Shown: piece by piece, positions 57,471 to 64,000 of the stretch
Layout: the number at the start of each line of letters is the position of its first letter
Numbering within the stretch: the first letter of the stretch is position 1
NCBI GenBank assembly: GCA_963666345.1
Contig: OY762721.1
Coordinates: 1,760,001 to 1,824,000 of the forward strand
DNA length: 64,000 bases
Reading direction: 5' to 3'
Source of the DNA: Desulfatiglandales bacterium
Lineage (GTDB): Bacteria > Desulfobacterota > DSM-4660 > Desulfatiglandales > Desulfatiglandaceae
Made by a program: the position numbers and the translations under genes
The notes under the pieces: generated by a model
What the model saw: the letters and a program-made list of their open reading frames with translations, nothing else
Databases searched by the model: none
What the model was told of the DNA's origin: nothing

Positions 57471-58574
57471 CTATTTCCTTTTATTGTACTTATTTTTATA
57501 GATTTTCAGGCTGTCTCCCGGATGAATGGGGCGCCGGGGATCCAGTCGGTTCCAGAGGATAATAGCCGCCAGAGGCACATCAAAACGCTCGGCAATGGAT
57601 GTCAGGTTGTCTCCCTGCCTTACGATATATGTGTGAGACTTTTCCGAAGCGGCGTAATCGGCAAGCAGGCCTTTGAGTCTATGGGTGAATCTGTCTGAAG
57701 ACCCTTTTGGTATCATTATGTTGTGGGTCCCCTCGGCAAGGTTGTAACCCCTTATTTCAGGATTCAGATCCTTTATCACCTTGAACCTTGTCTGTGCGGC
57801 CTCAGCGATTATCCTTAACGGTGTCTCTTTGCTTATCAGCACCTGCGCCCGATCAAATTTCAAAGGGGGGTAATAATCCTTTTCGGAAAGCAAAAATCCG
57901 TATAGACGGGGATTTGAAACTATCAGCTTAACGGACAGTATCCTGAAGATATATCTCTGGGTCTCCAAAGGCAGGTAAAGCTGATAATAATCCCTGGTGC
58001 CCTGCTCCGTAACAGCCGCATTGAGTCCTCCCTCGCCCATATTATAGGCAGCGGCTGAAAGGGTCCATGAACCGAACAGTTCATGGAGGTCCTTGAAGTA
58101 TCTTACTGCAGCATCGGTCGAGGAGAAAACGTTTCGTCTCTCATCGATCCTCCTGTCTATCTTAAGGCCATATTTTCTGCCTGTGTGCTTCATGAACTGC
58201 CAGAAACCCACCGCACCCTTTTTCGAACCGGCATGAGGTCTTAAGGCACTTTCTGCTAAGGCCACATATCTCAGATCATCAGGCAGGCCGGCGTTGGCCA
58301 GCATCTTTTTGATATGAGGCATATAACGACTGCTGCGCTTGAGCCACAGTATAACCTGGGGCCTGTCCCACAAGGAAAGGAGCATCTCTTTTTCCATGCG
58401 TTCCTTGACCTCCTGCTCATCAAGAGGCACCCTTTCACCGCAAAAATCAAGAGATGCGGGGATCTCAAGACAGGAGACAAGAGAGGGAAACGAGGCCGGT
58501 TCACCGGCGCCGCAAAACCGGATGGAAAAGAAAAAGGATAGAAGGAAAAAAAGAGTAAAGGCTCTTTTCTGCAT
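57471..58574 (-). CDS. lytic transglycosylase with LysM (MltD-like)
   Basis: AES, GAVGFWQFM, AAYNMG and ETQRY; C-terminal LysM. Confidence 0.92.
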   Translation of the reverse strand: MQKRAFTLFFLLSFFFSIRFCGAGEPASFPSLVSCLEIPASLDFCGERVPLDEQEVKERMEKEMLLSLWDRPQVILWLKRSSRYMPHIKKMLANAGLPDDLRYVALAESALRPHAGSKKGAVGFWQFMKHTGRKYGLKIDRRIDERRNVFSSTDAAVRYFKDLHELFGSWTLSAAAYNMGEGGLNAAVTEQGTRDYYQLYLPLETQRYIFRILSVKLIVSNPRLYGFLLSEKDYYPPLKFDRAQVLISKETPLRIIAEAAQTRFKVIKDLNPEIRGYNLAEGTHNIMIPKGSSDRFTHRLKGLLADYAASEKSHTYIVRQGDNLTSIAERFDVPLAAIILWNRLDPRRPIHPGDSLKIYKNKYNKRK

Positions 58575-58930
58575 CGCTCAGGTCTCCTTGAATTGTGTCT
58601 GGGGCAAGAGGCATCACAAATTAAAAGGACGCTCTTTTCTAGAAATACGACCTTTCCGGTCAAGTTGAAGTCAAATTTATACCCTCTCCATCGCTTTTGT
58701 GTCAATAAAGCCTGAACAGGTCCCCCTGCACCATCAAGGATTGACAAGGAACTTTTACCGCATATCGCACATTTATGCCCGGCATACTGCCGGTGCCAGG
58801 GGTAGACCGAAATCCTAAATTGGAGAATCATATCAAGTAGATGGCCAGTGTTAAGAATAGACGCCTATGCAGAAAAGAAATCCTTTATCGATTTGGCACG
58901 GCAGAGTAGAACCAGGATTAGACAGTCCGG

Positions 58931-59599
58931 CTACATTTTTTTCTTATTCTCCACTTTGCTCAGCCATGGACGTTTTTCCTCTCCAACGATCTTTGAGATC
59001 CTCCTGAATATCCATTCAAAGGGAAGATCGGCGGTGGGGTCGAATTTCTCAAGATATTCGATATAGGGCCTTCCTGACAAATCTCTTTCAGGAAGGACAG
59101 CATCGTTTTTGCCGTCAAACTCAACCAAAGGAAGCCCGTTTCTCCTGCAAAGTTCCCGGTCAAAGGTTGCGGCCGAACTGACCCATTTGCCATTAATAAA
59201 AAACTGGTTATATCCATGTCTGGGGAAGACGTTCGTTCCCAGTTCTCTCACCAGATGAGAGGGAACCCTGTGATTTTTTATCTTTGCAAATGCCAGACGG
59301 CTCGGTATCCCAGCGGCCCTTCCAAGCGCCGCAAGAAGCACGGCCTTTTGCACGCAGTATCCCTTTTTCCAGAAAAGCACCTGTGAAGCCCTGAAATCCT
59401 CCTCAAAAGCCGATATCATATAGACATTGTACCTGACCCTGTCCCTCACATAATAAAACAGCCTGACCGCCTTTTCCTCCATGTCAAGGCATTGACCTGT
59501 AAGCTCCTTTGCCTTTTCAGCTATTGCATCACTGTCTGAGTCGATCGTATATGTAGGCTCAAGAAACACCTTCATCAAATCCAGGACATGTTCATTCAT
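58931..59599 (-). CDS. transglutaminase-like family protein
   Basis: FYYVRD, GYCVQKAVLLAAL.RA.GIP.RL and HGY. Confidence 0.9.
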   Translation of the reverse strand: MNEHVLDLMKVFLEPTYTIDSDSDAIAEKAKELTGQCLDMEEKAVRLFYYVRDRVRYNVYMISAFEEDFRASQVLFWKKGYCVQKAVLLAALGRAAGIPSRLAFAKIKNHRVPSHLVRELGTNVFPRHGYNQFFINGKWVSSAATFDRELCRRNGLPLVEFDGKNDAVLPERDLSGRPYIEYLEKFDPTADLPFEWIFRRISKIVGEEKRPWLSKVENKKKM

Positions 59600-59740
59600 A
59601 CGAATCCCTCCTGAGCAATGCCTTTTTTACAAATAGCCCCCGGGCAGGAGAGCATTACCGACAACAGGCCAGTTCCATTTCTTTTAATAACCTGGCTCTA
59701 CCTGCGCGGGCTCTTACCTTTATACGTCTGTTTATTTATG

Positions 59741-59932
59741 CACAAGCACAGGCACAGGGGCTCTTTCTGGAGGTCTTATCTCACAGAAAAATACCACAGG
59801 AAGTCGTAGTGGCCGCAGACCTGGCTTTCTTCCCGGGTTTCCTATCAGTTGAGGCAATGCCTGCAAAAGCCCGGGGATGCGGCCTCTTATCCGTAAGGCA
59901 TAGATAAGGCCGGAAGAAAGAGCCTCTGGGCC
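59741..59932. repeat. rod-folding repeat, diverged copy C
   Basis: Shares AAAAATACCACAG, AGTGGCCGCAGAC, CCTATCAG and TGCAAAAGCCCGGGGATGCGG with 981-1182. Confidence 0.85.
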
Positions 59933-60133
59933 GGAGAGCATTACCGGCAACAGGCCAGGGTGATTACCTTTCTATAATGAGACAAGGTTGCGAAAATTTT
60001 GGAGCATAAATGGATGCCACACGGTTGACAAAAGGTCCTATTGTTTTTAATAGTTGGACTGGAGTTTGTCAATGCATGCAACAATTCACGGATCCTTTAA
60101 TTTTTTTCCATAAAATACAACTGGAGAAGCACC

Positions 60134-61327
60134 TTGTTGGAATACATCCCCATCCCCACCTTGCGAGACCTGGCTGACATTATTTTTCTCACCTTTGTGG
60201 CCTATTATCTGTACGTATGGTTCAAGGGTACCAGGGCCCTGCGTCTCATAATCGGGCTTATAGTCCTGGGAGGGGTGTATTCCCTGGCCAAACTATGGGG
60301 ACTTTTCCTCACCACATGGGTGTTTCAAATTCTGTGGCAGGTGCTTGTCATACTTCTGCTGATACTCTTTCAATCTGAAATCAGGCAGGTCCTTGAAAAA
60401 ATAAATCTTCTCCGTTATCTCAAGTCACGCAAAGGGCACTCCGAAAAGGAGCTGGCAAAACAGATAGCGGATATTTCCTTTGAGCTTGCAAAGGAACAAA
60501 CCGGAGCCCTCATAGTTATTGTAAGGAACGAGGATCCAAGGGAATTCATACAGGCTGGTCATCCTATTATGGCCCTGCCGGAGCCGAATCTCATCAAAAG
60601 CATCTTCAATCACCACTCTCCTTCCCACGACGGAGCCATAATCCTGTCACAGGGTAAGATCACACATATGGGGTGCATTCTTCCACTTTCCAAAAACGAA
60701 AATATTCCTGAGAATTTCGGAACCCGCCACAGGGCCGCACTCGGCCTTTCGGAGAGAACGGACGCGATCAGCATAGTAGTTTCTGAAGAGCGGATGGAGA
60801 TCTCAACAGCGGTTGAAGGAAACCTGGCGCTCTGGAAGGATCCGGAAAAGCTCGCTGGAAAACTAAGGGAACTGGTTAATGCTCCCGAGCCGGTAAGGGT
60901 CACTTTTTCCGGTTTTATAAAGGGTGCTTTTGCGGAAAAGTGGAGGATCAAACTGGGGGCACTTGCCGTTGTGACACTGGCATGGCTGGTGATCGCCAAC
61001 CCGCAGGAAATCAAAACCACCGTTTCCGTTCCTCTCAAATATACGGAACTTTCCGAGGGTCTCGTGATTGACGAGGTTTCCGAAAAAACCGTCAGGATGG
61101 TCTTTTCAGGTAACCGCTACAGCATCAGAAGGCTCAAGGAACGTGAAATCAGGATACCGGTGAACCTGAGCTACCTGCCTGAAGGCACGCATCAAATTCT
61201 CATAAGCCTGAGGGACATCAACCTGCCCCCCGGCATATCCATTGATCAATCTTCCAACCGAAGAGTCACCGTGGTCATAAGGCCTTCAGACTCGGAAAAT
61301 CTTCACAACCGTGCCTATTCCGAGTGA
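60134..61327 (+). CDS. cdaA: diadenylate cyclase CdaA with fused YbbR-like domain
   Basis: Three TM segments, FQSEIR, HDGA and GTRHRAA; C-terminal TM plus YbbR-like beta domain. Confidence 0.88.
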   Translation: MLEYIPIPTLRDLADIIFLTFVAYYLYVWFKGTRALRLIIGLIVLGGVYSLAKLWGLFLTTWVFQILWQVLVILLLILFQSEIRQVLEKINLLRYLKSRKGHSEKELAKQIADISFELAKEQTGALIVIVRNEDPREFIQAGHPIMALPEPNLIKSIFNHHSPSHDGAIILSQGKITHMGCILPLSKNENIPENFGTRHRAALGLSERTDAISIVVSEERMEISTAVEGNLALWKDPEKLAGKLRELVNAPEPVRVTFSGFIKGAFAEKWRIKLGALAVVTLAWLVIANPQEIKTTVSVPLKYTELSEGLVIDEVSEKTVRMVFSGNRYSIRRLKEREIRIPVNLSYLPEGTHQILISLRDINLPPGISIDQSSNRRVTVVIRPSDSENLHNRAYSE

Positions 61328-61349
61328 TCCTTTTTGATCTCGGTGACGA

Positions 61350-62807
61350 TCAGTTAAACCGCAAAAGATCTTGAAATTTTATCGGCCTGTTATTCAATGT
61401 AACATTTCCGCGGTCATACCTCACGCTCAGGCTGTAGATGCCTCCATCTCTTGCCAGGATCTGTCCATTCACAAGCTTGTCAAGCATCGCCTGGGTCTGT
61501 GAAGCCGCAAGATCATCAACCTTTTCACCTGAAACATCCTCGCCTGTCTTGCGTTGCTCTTTAAGTATCCTGTTTTTGATGAAAGACTTAAAGCCGGCTT
61601 CGGTCAGGCCTTCCGTAGCAGTCATGTCGGCCTCCGCGCTTACGGCGCCCAGCATCAAAAAGGGATTTATCAGCATCTCGGAGTTGCTTCCATCCACAAT
61701 CACCTTGGCCCGGCCCTTTAGTTCTCCACTTTCCGTCCTTACCTTGAGGCCCTTTATCAGAAGTTCGGGAGAGCCCTTCATGAGATCAGGCAGAAACTCC
61801 GATATCTTCGACAGCAAGGCCCTTTCCGTGCCCTTTTTCCCTTTTTCCATTGACTCTGCCTGGACCTCCTTCATGGCCTTTTTCAATCGCATGAGAGATT
61901 CGACATCCAGGTTTTTCAACTCCACATTCAGTGATCCCTCCCCTTTACCCCCATTGCCGGTTATGTAACTGTCAAGCTCCATGTCAAAAGAGGAAGAGAG
62001 TTTGCTGCCGACCGCCTTGCTGGAGGTTTTCACAAACAGCCCTTCAAATTTGAAACCCTTGCCTGAAACGGTTTTGTTTTCCCTGAATTCAAAAAGCCCC
62101 ATCTTGAAAGATGCGTCCCCCAAAAAAAGTCCGCTTTGGGCCTTATGCATATCTGACCCGAAATTTATTGATTTGATTGTCAGGTCCCCATCCCCCGCAG
62201 CTATATCCAGGCGCGGGGCATCGGCGTATCCCTTGTATTTCTTAGTTTCGGCGTCGAATGTCATGTTGCCGCTCAGGCCCTTCCAGTCTATCAAGACCTC
62301 TTTGGCACCCTGACCGACCAGCGCCTTAAATGGCGGAATATCAAAGACGCTCTTACTGTTTCTGTTCATGTAAATAGATGTCTTGTTTTTGAAATACGCC
62401 TTTTTCAGTATGGGCGAAAAGGCTTCCGGAATCCCCTGCCGTGCTGAAGGATTCCACCTGGCCTCCGTATTGACTGTTGCCAGAAGTGGCCTGAACAGCC
62501 ACTTACCCTCCATTGGATTCAATCCTGGAAAAGGTCCATGTTTTATTTCGTTTCTGAGGGTGAACTGGATAGGGGCGTCTAAACCTGAAGGTCCTGGAAT
62601 CTCGACAATCGTTCGAGATTTCGAGCTGAAAACGCCTCTGTTATACTCACTGTCTCTAAGTCTTATCTGCTGAATCTGTGATTCGGCGTCGCTTATAAAT
62701 GCATTGTATTCACCCTCCGCCTTTATCCCGAACCAATAGGCCGCCGCCGAAGCAGCAACGGCGATTATAATTACGGCAGTCACCAGAAAGTTAATAAACC
62801 TTTTCAT
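61350..62807 (-). CDS. YdgA/DUF945 family protein
   Basis: N-terminal TM; YWFG.KAE, YNRGVFSS and IKHGP. Confidence 0.85.
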   Translation of the reverse strand: MKRFINFLVTAVIIIAVAASAAAYWFGIKAEGEYNAFISDAESQIQQIRLRDSEYNRGVFSSKSRTIVEIPGPSGLDAPIQFTLRNEIKHGPFPGLNPMEGKWLFRPLLATVNTEARWNPSARQGIPEAFSPILKKAYFKNKTSIYMNRNSKSVFDIPPFKALVGQGAKEVLIDWKGLSGNMTFDAETKKYKGYADAPRLDIAAGDGDLTIKSINFGSDMHKAQSGLFLGDASFKMGLFEFRENKTVSGKGFKFEGLFVKTSSKAVGSKLSSSFDMELDSYITGNGGKGEGSLNVELKNLDVESLMRLKKAMKEVQAESMEKGKKGTERALLSKISEFLPDLMKGSPELLIKGLKVRTESGELKGRAKVIVDGSNSEMLINPFLMLGAVSAEADMTATEGLTEAGFKSFIKNRILKEQRKTGEDVSGEKVDDLAASQTQAMLDKLVNGQILARDGGIYSLSVRYDRGNVTLNNRPIKFQDLLRFN

Positions 62808-62890
62808 TTGACCCTCCTTTCGGATTCAGATTATTGAGGCGGAACTTCGAACACCCGGAACGTCACGGTTCTTCTCCATAAACAAGCCAT

Positions 62891-63778
62891 CTACTGAACG
62901 GAGACAGGCAGCCATCTGCCCTCATGGTAACGGAGCCTTGAAAATTCCTCTCCCGGAGCCGCCACTTTTCCCCTTAAAAAATCCTGGTCCGGTTGGAAAT
63001 CCCTGTCTATCATGGAATCCCAGGGCTCAAGGATCAATGCCCCCTGCGGAAGGTCGATCATTCGGGGCCTCAGAGGGGCTTCCCAGGATCTTTTTTTCAG
63101 ATCCTGTTCCAGATTCGAAATATCCCGATATCCCGATAACTGCCAAAGGGTTACAATGGCGGGAGGACTCAGAGGGGTCTTACCTTCAAGGTTTTCCTCC
63201 AGCCCCTTAAGGGGCGAAACCCACTTTCCAACCGTTGTTTCCTTGTTGTCAGGATGACACGTCTGTTGGGGGGGCATCAGGGCAAGAAAAAAGCGAGTGT
63301 CGAAACGCATCGGCATGCGGCTCGGTGTAATCCAGTGTGACCAAGGGAAAAGAGCCGACAATGAAAGCACCCATCGTCCGTTAATGACTAATTCAATCAG
63401 CCAGTTCCTTTCAAGCCTGCCATTCAACCGTAGGTCACAGGCCTTTTTCAGGCCACTTTCATAAGCGCTTTCATTGAAAGCGAGCAGAACTCCCGCCTCT
63501 TCAAAGGTTTCACGAATTGCGGCAATGCCATGCTCAATGAGGCAATTATTCCCAGGGATCCGTTTATCAAACTCTACATCCAGATATCCCTTAAAGGAGT
63601 CGACATCCGCATCCTCTGAAGCCACCTTTCCTCCGGGAAACACATACATTCCGGGCATAAAACTGCTTTGATCACTTCTTTTAAGCAGAAATACCTCAAT
63701 GTCCCGGTTACCTCTTCGACAAAGAATCACGGTTGAGGCCCTTATGAGATTTCCTTCATTCAGAGCATCATCACTCAA
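62891..63778 (-). CDS. NUDIX hydrolase
   Basis: VFPGG, AAIRETFEEAG, HWITP and RFDTRFF. Confidence 0.9.
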   Translation of the reverse strand: MSDDALNEGNLIRASTVILCRRGNRDIEVFLLKRSDQSSFMPGMYVFPGGKVASEDADVDSFKGYLDVEFDKRIPGNNCLIEHGIAAIRETFEEAGVLLAFNESAYESGLKKACDLRLNGRLERNWLIELVINGRWVLSLSALFPWSHWITPSRMPMRFDTRFFLALMPPQQTCHPDNKETTVGKWVSPLKGLEENLEGKTPLSPPAIVTLWQLSGYRDISNLEQDLKKRSWEAPLRPRMIDLPQGALILEPWDSMIDRDFQPDQDFLRGKVAAPGEEFSRLRYHEGRWLPVSVQ

Positions 63779-63887
63779 TACGAATCCCCACTCCGCCTTG
63801 AACTGCAGGTTTTCCCCGGGAAAGGACCGGTCCGCCGCATCAGGCCTTGAGGTAAATAATTTGATTCATTGAGAGCCATCCCTTTTT

Positions 63888-64000
63888 TCATGCCGCCAGT
63901 CTCTTCAATTCCTTGACACGCCTTTCAGACGTAAAATGGTGGGAGTAGCCGGCCTCCAGGGCGAGATCAAGTGCCAGGTCAAAACCGAACCCGATCTCCT
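63888..64000 (-). CDS. 3' end of a probable PHP-family (histidinol-phosphatase-like) protein
   Basis: Reads EIGFGFDLALDLALEAGYSHHFTSERRVKELKRLAA*; the gene begins outside the window. Confidence 0.5.
   Translation of the reverse strand, partial: EIGFGFDLALDLALEAGYSHHFTSERRVKELKRLAA

Noticed and set aside
58575..58930. c-di-AMP (ydaO) riboswitch or 6S RNA upstream of the MltD-like gene
   Set aside because: Only a short stem CTGCCGGTGCCA/TGGCACGGCAG is present; consensus motifs are absent.
63935..64000. tRNA/tmRNA-like end (minus strand ...CTCCCACCA)
   Set aside because: No T-loop; the sequence is better explained as the coding 3' end of a PHP-family gene.

Overview
This 64 kb window looks like chromosomal DNA from an anaerobic Desulfobacterota (deltaproteobacterial) organism; the taxon is inferred from gene content and repeat style. 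Housekeeping genes include panB, tilS, mtnA, ilvE, trxA-trxB-bamD, larC-pgpA-cinA-thpR-recA-alaS and crcB. Other blocks are an amino-acid uptake/deamination operon, a photolyase/YbgA/YbjT cluster, an inositol-phosphate synthase plus CDP-alcohol transferase pair, a CdaA-YbbR diadenylate cyclase and one intact IS with TIRs and a 7-bp target duplication. The least explained material is intergenic. It comprises: (i) four miniature elements built from internally deleted four-helix-bundle gene cassettes; (ii) a ~190-nt rod-folding element in three copies; (iii) a duplicated promoter + uORF + hairpin leader; (iv) four TGCACA-N6-TGTGCA palindromes ahead of a cluster of micro-proteins; and (v) other MITE-like families that stack against each other and sometimes supply gene stop codons. 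No CRISPR array, rRNA or tRNA was seen. All protein family calls come from recognised motifs, not database searches.
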